Source: an uncultured virus (IMG/VR IMGVR_UViG_3300014680_000032) (Duplodnaviria; Heunggongvirae; Uroviricota; Caudoviricetes). Taken from it: a DNA stretch of 20,000 bases. The stretch lies in the IMG/VR virus record IMGVR_UViG_3300014680_000032. One strand, 5' to 3'. The position numbers and the translations under genes are program-made. The notes beneath the pieces were generated by a model. That model saw nothing but the letters and a program-made list of their open reading frames with translations, was not told the origin of the DNA and searched no databases. This document shows positions 8,245 through 16,316 of this stretch, one piece after another (position 1 is the first letter of the stretch; every line of letters begins with the position of its first letter).

Positions 8245-11200
8245 ATGTCCATCTTAAAGCTCAAACCAATCACTAAAGACACAGTATTGGTTGCGATTTA
8301 TTACATGATTGATTTCATGCATTATCAGAGCAATATTGCTCGATTTTTCCTTCTTATAATCCATAAGCAAATAGAACTTAACTTGTCTGTAGCAAAGCAA
8401 GCTTTAGCTTTTGCCCGTCAAGAAAGTGACTTTCCAAAATTGGATGAAGTTATTGAAGTCTTATATAACGAGGCTATCAAAAACATTGATGAATCAGTTA
8501 TCCAACACCTTAATAACAGTTCCAGAAATGTTATTGAACAGCTAGAGACTATTGTCAGTCTTTTTGCTTGCGATAAAGAGCTGAAGCCATACACCACTAA
8601 AAAGAATAAAACACTACAGGTTATTGGTCTTAAAGGCATCAAATTAACCAAAGCTAAAGAGTTTGACCCCTATGCCTTTTATTATCAGGGTGAAATTCTT
8701 GTACGCTCAAAACATCTTAAAGCTATTCCAGACTCTCTTCTTTCTGAAGATCAGCAACTTGTAAAAGGATTATTCTTACATGTATCAAATACCAATTCAG
8801 ATGTGGAATCAGTTGGCGAATTTCGTCTCAGATCCAGAGGACCAATTGTTTCTACAACTGGATCAGGAAAAGATGAACTTGAGGCTTCAGAAGCAGTCAG
8901 AAATGATGGAGAAGTTGGGGTACTCAGAGACAGTAATTCTGGCTTACCAAAAAGTGATGATGCAAGTTTACTTGGCGGCCGAAATCCTAGAAATGAATCT
9001 TCAAATGGAGATAGTGGAACCAGTGCTAACCGGATTAACAGCAGCGGAAGCAGTGAACTATCTGGTAAGAGATCATCTCTTAAACGAGCAAGAGATCGAT
9101 CAATTATACAATCTGCTAAATCAGTTAGAGCTGCCATAGATGAAAAGCTAGATGCTCAATTAAAAGCAGATAAGGTAGAAACTATATGGAGTGATGCTTC
9201 AAATATTGACGAAGCTTTGCCATATCTACAATCTGCACAGCGTGGTGATGTTTTTAAGACTGAAAAGCGCTTAATAGAGGAAAATCAGAAAGGTATTCTT
9301 TTTACTAATGGCACAGGTACTGGAAAAACCTTTACTGGTCTGGGTGTAGCAAAACGGTTTATCAATGCTGGCCTTAAGAATATTTTAATTGTTACTCTAA
9401 ACGATAAAATTGCTAATGACTTTGTCAAAAGCTCAAGCCCTTTAAATATCAAGGCTTACAAATTAAAAAGTATTAAAGAAAATGGCGGTGAGGATCACTC
9501 AGTCGTGGTCACAACCTTTGCTAATTTTGGTCAAAATAAAAGTTTGGTTCACAAACATTGGGATCTGATTTTAATTGATGAGGCCCATACTCTATCGCAA
9601 TCATCCGATGGTAAAGCAACTGCAGCATTAAACAAACTACGAGCATTAACCGGGCATTTGCATGGTTTTAGTGAGTGGTTTGAAGATAAGTTTGCTGAGC
9701 AGATGCCAATTGAAGAATTTGATGAAAATGGTAAAGAAACAGAACAATATCTAAGCGCTTATAACAAAATGCAGGTCCTTCGAAATGAACAACGAAAGAT
9801 CTGGAATTTGAATTGGAAACACCAGAAAAGTAAGGTCAAAGTTGTTTTCTTATCTGCTACGCCATTTAGTTATCACTTTTCACTTGATTGGGCGGAAGGC
9901 TATTTATTTGATTATATGTCTCCTTCAGTATCTGTTGATGACCAAGGTAATTTAGCTGAAGGCTTTAGTAAAGCTCGAGAGCACTTCTATATGGGAAATC
10001 TTGGATATCGAAAGCGATATGGTAAGTTGACGCGACCAGAAGCTAAGGTGGATACAGGTGTACTTGAAAGACAGTTCGCCGAAAATCTTAAAAACACTGG
10101 TGCTATGTCTGGGCGGGATTTAGAAGTAAATTTTGACTATGATCGTAAATTCATTCTAATTGGCTCTCGTGTTGGTGAACTTATTGATGAAGGTTTAACT
10201 TATCTTCGCAATGGTTATAAAGAAATAGAAGGGCACAAAACACGAACTTTTGAAGAATGGGCTGCTCAGACTGGTAAACCAACCACAGGCTGGGGGCGTC
10301 ATGCATCTATGCAAGAATATGATCGGTTATTCACTGGAAACCGTTTTAAAAACATATATGAAATTATTGCAAAACGCTTTGATTACTTAGCAAGACGCCG
10401 TTTGTTAGAAGCTATTAAAGCTGAAGCTTGTGTTGATATGGTGAAAAAGCACTTAGCATTAGGCCGTAAAGTAGTAATTTTTCATGATTATAACGAAGGC
10501 GGTGGTTTTGCACCTTTCTTGATTAGTAAGCTTGATATCGAAAAATATGAAAGCCCACTTAGAGAAGATATTGAGCTTGAATATAATACATTCAAAGAAA
10601 ATAGACCGGATCTAGTAAATCTCAATCTTGATTATGAATCACCTGTTGAAACTTTAAAGAATGCATTTCCTAATGCTCTTTTATTTAATGGTCGTCTTTC
10701 AAAGCAACAACGTGAAACTAATGTAGCGTTATTTAATACAGATGATAGCGGGCACGATATTCTCATTCTGCAGTCTGATGCTGGCTCTACTGGAATTAGC
10801 TTGCATGATACAACTGGTAAACACCAGCGAGTACTCATTAATATCGGTCAACCAACAAAGCCAGCCAAGTTGAGACAGACGGAAGGGCGTATCTATCGAA
10901 CCGGACAAGCATCAAATGCTATTCAGAGATACTTGACTACTGGTACTGCATGGGAACGGGCTGCATTTGCAGACACGATTGCTGGACGCGCAGAAACAGT
11001 AGATAACTTTGCAAAAGGTGCTGATGCTGTAGTAAGTATCAAAGAAGCGTTAATTCAGGCTTATGAAGAAGCTAAATATGAAGAGCCAAGTCTAAATGAT
11101 GGTATAGGCGGTAAAGCATATGATGAAGAAAATGCCCGTATTGCTAAGTTAACCCCATTTGATCAAGCACTAACATTCTACTATGCCAAAGGCAAACGTT

Positions 11201-12075
11201 CTGAAAGTCGTGATAACCGCGAAGGTAAGGAATGGTATGCAACGCCTGAACCTCTAGGATTCAAAATGATTGAATGGGCAGGGGTACACACTGGTGATTC
11301 TGTGCTTGAGCCTAGTGCTGGTGATGGAGCTATTGGTCGTTTTGTTCCGCAGGATGTAGAGTTGACAATGATTGAACCGACTGAGTCTTTAGCTAGTCGT
11401 GCTCAAATGGCAAATACAGGTGCTAAAGTAATTGTTGATACATTCGAATCTTTAGAATCTTTGAATAAGTACCATGCGATTGTGATGAATCCGCCATTTG
11501 GTCATGCTGGCACTTTGGCAATTCAACATATCAAGAAGGCTTTTGGTCATCTTTATGATGGTGGTCGGATTGTGGCCTTGGTACCACGTGGTTCGATGGA
11601 TTCTAAAGTGGACGAATTTATTGATAGTACACCTGGTGCAATTCTGACAGCTGAAATCTGGTTGCCTCAATCGACCTTTAAAAATGCTGGTACCGCCGTT
11701 TCAACTCGTATTATCATTATTGAAAAACATGCAGACTCTAATGCTGTTCCAGCAACACGAGAATTAGACTTTACGCACCTTACAAGTGTAGAGGATCTAT
11801 TTTCAGAAATTCGCGATATCGCAATGCCACCTAGGAAACTACGCATTGACGAGCAGCTAGCTAAGTATGAACTTTATGTTAGAACTGAACGTAGCAAGTA
11901 CGTTTTCAATGGCGATGGCGTTGATAAACCTCAGATCAAGAATATCATGCTGAAATTCTGGGGTTCAGAAGTAAATGAGTTTGATGAGATTGTTATGCCA
12001 TATAACAAATCTGCTGAAATCATTAAGAAGATTGATGAGTTTGAGCAAGAGAATAATATTAATCTAGCTGCTTAA
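8245..12075 (+). CDS. SF2 helicase (strawberry-notch-like) fused to C-terminal N6-adenine DNA methyltransferase; DarB-like polyvalent protein
   Basis: Helicase motifs: GTGTGKT (I), LILIDEAH (II), SATP (III), GSTGISLHD (V), QTEGRIYR (VI). MTase motifs: YATPE, VLEPSAGDG (SAM binding), MNPPF (catalytic). Confidence 0.85.
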   Translation: MSILKLKPITKDTVLVAIYYMIDFMHYQSNIARFFLLIIHKQIELNLSVAKQALAFARQESDFPKLDEVIEVLYNEAIKNIDESVIQHLNNSSRNVIEQLETIVSLFACDKELKPYTTKKNKTLQVIGLKGIKLTKAKEFDPYAFYYQGEILVRSKHLKAIPDSLLSEDQQLVKGLFLHVSNTNSDVESVGEFRLRSRGPIVSTTGSGKDELEASEAVRNDGEVGVLRDSNSGLPKSDDASLLGGRNPRNESSNGDSGTSANRINSSGSSELSGKRSSLKRARDRSIIQSAKSVRAAIDEKLDAQLKADKVETIWSDASNIDEALPYLQSAQRGDVFKTEKRLIEENQKGILFTNGTGTGKTFTGLGVAKRFINAGLKNILIVTLNDKIANDFVKSSSPLNIKAYKLKSIKENGGEDHSVVVTTFANFGQNKSLVHKHWDLILIDEAHTLSQSSDGKATAALNKLRALTGHLHGFSEWFEDKFAEQMPIEEFDENGKETEQYLSAYNKMQVLRNEQRKIWNLNWKHQKSKVKVVFLSATPFSYHFSLDWAEGYLFDYMSPSVSVDDQGNLAEGFSKAREHFYMGNLGYRKRYGKLTRPEAKVDTGVLERQFAENLKNTGAMSGRDLEVNFDYDRKFILIGSRVGELIDEGLTYLRNGYKEIEGHKTRTFEEWAAQTGKPTTGWGRHASMQEYDRLFTGNRFKNIYEIIAKRFDYLARRRLLEAIKAEACVDMVKKHLALGRKVVIFHDYNEGGGFAPFLISKLDIEKYESPLREDIELEYNTFKENRPDLVNLNLDYESPVETLKNAFPNALLFNGRLSKQQRETNVALFNTDDSGHDILILQSDAGSTGISLHDTTGKHQRVLINIGQPTKPAKLRQTEGRIYRTGQASNAIQRYLTTGTAWERAAFADTIAGRAETVDNFAKGADAVVSIKEALIQAYEEAKYEEPSLNDGIGGKAYDEENARIAKLTPFDQALTFYYAKGKRSESRDNREGKEWYATPEPLGFKMIEWAGVHTGDSVLEPSAGDGAIGRFVPQDVELTMIEPTESLASRAQMANTGAKVIVDTFESLESLNKYHAIVMNPPFGHAGTLAIQHIKKAFGHLYDGGRIVALVPRGSMDSKVDEFIDSTPGAILTAEIWLPQSTFKNAGTAVSTRIIIIEKHADSNAVPATRELDFTHLTSVEDLFSEIRDIAMPPRKLRIDEQLAKYELYVRTERSKYVFNGDGVDKPQIKNIMLKFWGSEVNEFDEIVMPYNKSAEIIKKIDEFEQENNINLAA
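8780..9139 (+). CDS. Probable overprinted nested gene (+1 frame): acidic helical protein, 119 aa
   Basis: AAAGGA SD 10 nt before the ATG and a globular amphipathic composition. The host frame over the same span is S/G/R/N-rich low complexity. Confidence 0.6.
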   Translation: MYQIPIQMWNQLANFVSDPEDQLFLQLDQEKMNLRLQKQSEMMEKLGYSETVILAYQKVMMQVYLAAEILEMNLQMEIVEPVLTGLTAAEAVNYLVRDHLLNEQEIDQLYNLLNQLELP

Positions 12076-12085
12076 CATAAGTAAT

Positions 12086-12115
12086 AAAAATACGCTCTTG
12101 ATGAGCGTATTTTTT
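12086..12115. terminator. Bidirectional intrinsic terminator
   Basis: AAAAATACGCTC-ttgat-GAGCGTATTTTTT, between convergent genes. Confidence 0.85.
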
Positions 12116-12173
12116 ATGAATTGTTGGATACAGCAAAATTAAATTTATAAATATTATGTCTTTGAATTTCTCT

Positions 12174-13235
12174 TTATTTGGGAATCATTGAACTTGCATA
12201 TGAACTAATTAAACTTCGTGAAAGTAAAAATTTTTCTCCAACACTTTCAAGAAGATTACCATGATCATCTACACTAAAATGAGCAATATGAGGATCATTA
12301 AATAAAAAATCAGGGAATGGATATTTAGCATGAGGATTATGAAAAATATATAAACCATCAAAGATTGATTCTTTATATTCTTCTTTAGGAATCCCTTCGC
12401 GGATATCAGGAATTAATGTACTCTCACTTACGTCATCCCTAGTGTAAAGTGCATTAAAGAAAGTAGTTTTATTTGCTTCACTTACTTCAGCTAATGCTCG
12501 AACTTTCCCCCAAGTTGCATATGGGTTATAAATTACAGCACTAATATCTTCATACTCTGAAGTCTTAAAAAAACCTAGGGGAATTTCTGCACCATTATCT
12601 TTTTCAATAAAATCCATTCTTTCTCTTGGCAAGTAGTTGAGTTTATCTGAAATAGCCTTTTCCTCATTAAGATAAATTCCATATAGAACAGCAATTAAAC
12701 CGCGATGACCTATAAAATGGGAATGAGGTCGATCAAAAGAATTAAGACCTAAAATAAAAGGCTTACCCATAACATGAGATAAATCTTTATATGATTTTTT
12801 AAACTTTTGATTTTTAGAGACAATTGAATTGGCTAATCTAATAATTGATTTTCTATTGAATTCTTTAAAGTTAATTTGAAAATCTAAATGTGCATCTGTA
12901 AAACCAAATGCTGGTAGGCCATCTTGTTCTGGGTTGGCAATTGTTGCTTCAATACAAAAAGGTGAATTATTTTTGTTACATACAAAGTCAGGCGCATGAT
13001 GATTATAATCTATATCAATATTTTCAGATTTCAGGATTTTATTTAGATATAATTCCCAAAAAGAAGACTCAAAAGTAGTTTGGAATTCTTTTACAAATTT
13101 ATTATCCCTATCAACAAATCCATTTGCCCAATCTAATAAAACATTCCTTTCAGCATACATTGCTTCATTTAATAACAATTTAAAAATTTTATGCTGTTTT
13201 TCGCTTTCAACAATAGGTGTAAATAAATCTAACAT
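12174..13235 (-). CDS. AT-rich cargo gene, putative PD-(D/E)xK-fold nuclease; candidate defence protein
   Basis: FWELYL...APDFVC...CIEATIA resembles a restriction-endonuclease-like E..PD..Ex(K/T) core. Opposite strand to its neighbours, with a very AT-rich leader. Confidence 0.55.
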   Translation of the reverse strand: MLDLFTPIVESEKQHKIFKLLLNEAMYAERNVLLDWANGFVDRDNKFVKEFQTTFESSFWELYLNKILKSENIDIDYNHHAPDFVCNKNNSPFCIEATIANPEQDGLPAFGFTDAHLDFQINFKEFNRKSIIRLANSIVSKNQKFKKSYKDLSHVMGKPFILGLNSFDRPHSHFIGHRGLIAVLYGIYLNEEKAISDKLNYLPRERMDFIEKDNGAEIPLGFFKTSEYEDISAVIYNPYATWGKVRALAEVSEANKTTFFNALYTRDDVSESTLIPDIREGIPKEEYKESIFDGLYIFHNPHAKYPFPDFLFNDPHIAHFSVDDHGNLLESVGEKFLLSRSLISSYASSMIPK

Positions 13236-13367
13236 TTTTTATTTCTCAAAGAATATTTTTAAATAAAAATTTTAAATTTCATAATACTAAAAAATTATTA
13301 AAAATCAAATCTATATGAAAAACTGTAATTAGCGTATTTTCAAAACTTTTTTATCAGTTTTTAATGC

Positions 13368-13409
13368 TGGAACAAAGCTAATAAGTGTCCTTATTTTTTA
13401 ATTAATAAT
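13368..13409 (+). promoter_or_regulatory. Putative late promoter TGGAAC-N31-ATAAT
   Basis: TGGAAC 13368-13373 lies 66 nt before the ATG at 13440. ATAAT is at 13405-13409. Confidence 0.6.
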
Positions 13410-13439
13410 AGCTTAATTTTTATAAATTAGTACTTAAAC

Positions 13440-14255
13440 ATGTCCAAAGCTTTAGCTTATGCACCAGCTGTTAATACAGCTAAAACAAAGTTGCCCAGTA
13501 CTGAATCAGATCCTTTCTATGGCTCAATTTCAAAGCATAAATATGCTGAATTTTCACTTTGTGATAAAGATGGTAACCCAGTAGCCTCACCAGTAATTCG
13601 TGCTTTGTTGACTGACGGTGATAAAAGTATTGAGAGCCAATGGCAAACTCCATTTGAAAATAGCAATCCAGAACTAAAGATGCCAATGTTGATGGCTAAC
13701 TTGCAAACTGGGCAAATGCTTCAAGCTGCAGCAACGTTAGGTGAGAATTCACCATTCATTTCAGCATTAAGTGATATGGCATCAGGACCTTTAGCAACAG
13801 CTGAAAATGCGCTTAAGAGTGTGGAAGGGCGAACAAATTTAACCAAAGTAAATACAACTCAAGTATTCCTATCTACATCATCAGTACGCCTTAATTTATC
13901 AATTTTTTTCTTGGCTTTTAGTGATGCGAGAACAGAAGTTGAAGACAAGATCATGCAATTGGAGGCTTGGAGCGTACCAGTTTCATTATCTTCTGAGTCT
14001 ACACTGCAGAATGTTGTCAATGATTCAAATACTACTTTAGAAGGCTTGTTTTCAGGTGTCATTCCACCGTTTGTATCTCTTACTACTCACGGCAAAACTT
14101 ATAAGCCTTTCATTATTGAAAGCGTTTCCGCGCCAATTGTCGCGCCCATTGATGAAAAGGGGAACCGGTTAAGTTTGGCCGTCAATATTAGTTTGTTGAG
14201 TCGAACTGCATGGNNNNNNNNNNATTGTATGGAGTCAAATAATGATTACATTTGA
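13440..14255 (+). CDS. Hypothetical virion protein (baseplate/tail-tube-initiator-like); 3' end uncertain
   Basis: Long ORF in the late region. SVRLNLSIFF and FIIESVSAPIVAPIDEKGNRLSLAVNISL are tube-initiator-like. It crosses the N-gap 14214-14223, so the stop is unreliable. Confidence 0.5.
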   Translation: MSKALAYAPAVNTAKTKLPSTESDPFYGSISKHKYAEFSLCDKDGNPVASPVIRALLTDGDKSIESQWQTPFENSNPELKMPMLMANLQTGQMLQAAATLGENSPFISALSDMASGPLATAENALKSVEGRTNLTKVNTTQVFLSTSSVRLNLSIFFLAFSDARTEVEDKIMQLEAWSVPVSLSSESTLQNVVNDSNTTLEGLFSGVIPPFVSLTTHGKTYKPFIIESVSAPIVAPIDEKGNRLSLAVNISLLSRTAWXXXXCMESNNDYI

Positions 14256-14937
14256 TCCGGTGCCAATAGGCGAAAGTACTTTTCAAATGCATGAATTGAG
14301 TTTTGAGCAATGTCTTAAAATTTCAATCATTGCCCCGAATTTAAATGAAAAAAGACTTTCAGCTTTCGTGAAGTCAGTTTTAGATAATGTGGATCCTTTA
14401 CTTTTAACAATTCAAGAGCGGTATTTATTGCTACTTAAGTATCTTGAGAAACAAAGTAATACTATGTTGGAGGTGAACACTGACTGGTCTAAAGTTTTCC
14501 TTCAATCAGAAAATAATTGGAAAACTGAAACTACTCAAAATGGAATTACGGTTAGACAGCTTATTGGAATGGAAGCGGAGTTCTTAGAGGCAAATTGCAA
14601 GAATGTCGCTGAATGGATTGCCTGCATGATGGCTTTTCAGTTGAGTTATTCTAATCATGAGCACTTAGCTTTATTGCCGGATAGAACAAATCCTCAATTA
14701 TTTGAAGAACAATTTAAGCAGCGGCTAGATTTCATTAAGAAAATGCCAGCTAGTGATTTTGATTTGTGCTATCAAGACTTTAATAATTTAAACAATGAGT
14801 TATTTACTCATTTACGGTTAAGCGTTGATAACCAAGGTATTTTAGTGGAAAGAGGTGCAGATGACGCGCCTGCACGATTTCGTACCGCTTCCGTCTTTAC
14901 AGGAATCATCAAAGAGTTGGACCGATCTTTTGCTTGA
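14242..14937 (+). CDS. Hypothetical phage morphogenesis protein (baseplate hub/assembly-chaperone-like)
   Basis: GGAG SD upstream, 231 aa. Function inferred from context and the LTIQERYLLLLKYL motif only. Confidence 0.5.
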   Translation: MITFDPVPIGESTFQMHELSFEQCLKISIIAPNLNEKRLSAFVKSVLDNVDPLLLTIQERYLLLLKYLEKQSNTMLEVNTDWSKVFLQSENNWKTETTQNGITVRQLIGMEAEFLEANCKNVAEWIACMMAFQLSYSNHEHLALLPDRTNPQLFEEQFKQRLDFIKKMPASDFDLCYQDFNNLNNELFTHLRLSVDNQGILVERGADDAPARFRTASVFTGIIKELDRSFA

Positions 14938-15148
14938 TACAGCAAGTAGTATTTCTGAAAACTGCCCAATGCCTTTATCGGATGCATTAAAAATGCCTTT
15001 GAGTTTTGAAAGTACTTACTTCAATTCATCTGCATGGGAAAACCGCAAGAAGTATTTAGAAAACGAAATTGAACGTCACAACGTATTCTTAAAATTAGGT
15101 CAAGAAGTCATTAAAGGATTAAATGCCCTAGCAAGTAGAGGCAGATAG
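14855..15148 (+). CDS. Small hypothetical protein, start uncertain
   Basis: Fills the space between the previous gene and a terminator. Overlaps the upstream gene by 83 nt in the +1 frame. Confidence 0.5.
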   Translation: MQMTRLHDFVPLPSLQESSKSWTDLLLDTASSISENCPMPLSDALKMPLSFESTYFNSSAWENRKKYLENEIERHNVFLKLGQEVIKGLNALASRGR

Positions 15149-15159
15149 TTTTCACATAG

Positions 15160-15187
15160 AAAAGTCTGAGTAATTCGGGCTTTTTTT
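15160..15187 (+). terminator. Intrinsic terminator
   Basis: AAAAGTCTGA-gtaat-TCGGGCTTTTTTT, a stem with G-U pairs plus a U tract. Confidence 0.7.
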
Positions 15188-15200
15188 CGTGCTTTGTGTT

Positions 15201-15241
15201 TGGAACCTTACTCCAATTAGAACAACAACACTTGCAAAAAT
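15201..15241 (+). promoter_or_regulatory. Putative late promoter TGGAAC-N30-AAAAT for the lysis cassette
   Basis: TGGAAC 15201-15206, AAAAT 15237-15241, immediately after a terminator. Confidence 0.7.
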
Positions 15242-15270
15242 AACCACAAATGAAACGTGGGGAATAGGTC

Positions 15271-15549
15271 ATGTCTGATCATCAGGCAATTGAAGTCACT
15301 GTCACAACTTTTGCTAATAAAACTACTTTCTGGAGTGGTTTAGCAAGTGCTTTTGGTTCTTTAACTTCAATTAATTGGTTGAGCTATACAGGTGCAATTG
15401 TGGCAGTTGTGGGCCTATTCATAAGTTTCATTTTTCAGTGGAGACGTGACCGCAGAGAACGTAAAGAAAGTGAATTACGTGAAAAAGAAAGCGAATTACG
15501 AATCAAAGCTTTAGAGCAAGATAATTTACGAAAGAGGAAAGATGAGTGA
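15271..15549 (+). CDS. Holin (HP1-like)
   Basis: 92 aa, a TM segment (GAIVAVVGLFISFIFQW) followed by a highly charged tail, directly upstream of the lysin. Confidence 0.75.
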   Translation: MSDHQAIEVTVTTFANKTTFWSGLASAFGSLTSINWLSYTGAIVAVVGLFISFIFQWRRDRRERKESELREKESELRIKALEQDNLRKRKDE

Positions 15550-16316
15550 AGTTAATTGAAAACAATGCTTGGCAGTATCTATCTGTTAAGTTACCCGCGG
15601 TAGGTGCATTCATCATGCTAATTTTATTGCCGGCACTACAATGGGGTGTTGATTATGAAGTTATTCCCGAAAAATATCACGCATTTGTTACTGGTACTTT
15701 AATGCTTGTTCTGTCATGGATTGGTAAGAAAATTTCTCAACCACGACTTAACGGCCCTCAATTAACAGGCCAGTTAGTAGGAATCAATACCTTAATGAAT
15801 ATTCCTACAACTACAAAGTTTGACGAATTAGCTTGGATGGCTGAAGCAAAAAAACACATTGGTCTGCAAGAAATACCAGGTAAACAGCACAATCCAACTA
15901 TTTTGAAATGGTTAAAGGAGCTTAAAGCTTGGTGGGCGGATGATGAAACAGCGTGGTGCGGTACTTTCGTTGCTCATTGCTTGAAATCAGCTGGAATTGC
16001 TTATCCTAAGCATTGGTACCGTGCATTGGATTATGTGAATTATGGTACCAAATTAGCTAAACCAGCTTACGGTTGTGTAGCTATTAAAACCCGTAAGGGA
16101 GGAGGCCATGTCTGTTTTGTTGTAGGACGTGATAAGTCTACTGGAAAACTTGTTTGCCTTGGTGGTAACCAATCCAATAGAGTGTGTTACGCGCTTTATA
16201 GTGATTCAGATTTCCAAGAGTTCCGATGGTATGGATGTACACCTCAGCCAGCAAGTAAACGTTATTCTTTACCGCAATTAAAGGGCGTAACAGCTACTAG
16301 GGTTTCTGAAGCCTAA
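15546..16316 (+). CDS. TIGR02594-family (NlpC/P60-CHAP-like) endolysin with N-terminal two-TM domain
   Basis: WMAEAKKHIGLQEIPG..HNPTIL..DETAWCGTFV (Cys), GGGHVCFVVG (His), LGGNQSN. Two hydrophobic helices lie in the first ~60 aa. The GTG start overlaps the holin stop (GTGA). Confidence 0.8.
   Translation: MKLIENNAWQYLSVKLPAVGAFIMLILLPALQWGVDYEVIPEKYHAFVTGTLMLVLSWIGKKISQPRLNGPQLTGQLVGINTLMNIPTTTKFDELAWMAEAKKHIGLQEIPGKQHNPTILKWLKELKAWWADDETAWCGTFVAHCLKSAGIAYPKHWYRALDYVNYGTKLAKPAYGCVAIKTRKGGGHVCFVVGRDKSTGKLVCLGGNQSNRVCYALYSDSDFQEFRWYGCTPQPASKRYSLPQLKGVTATRVSEA

Noticed and set aside
432..9020. Intragenic TGGAAC at 432, 774, 1356 and 9015
   Set aside because: They lie inside CDSs with no AnnnT at +30. 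One has AGAAT at +31, which is compatible with chance.
8751..9137. 128-aa antisense ORF over the dual-coding region
   Set aside because: Low-complexity L/S/P sequence, best explained as a shadow of two constrained sense frames.
14214..14255. C-terminus CMESNNDYI of the 13440 ORF
   Set aside because: It lies beyond a 10-N gap of unknown true size, so the frame is not reliable.
15250..15270. Upstream in-frame ATG suggesting a holin/antiholin dual start
   Set aside because: It reads MKRGE then TAG before the holin ATG.
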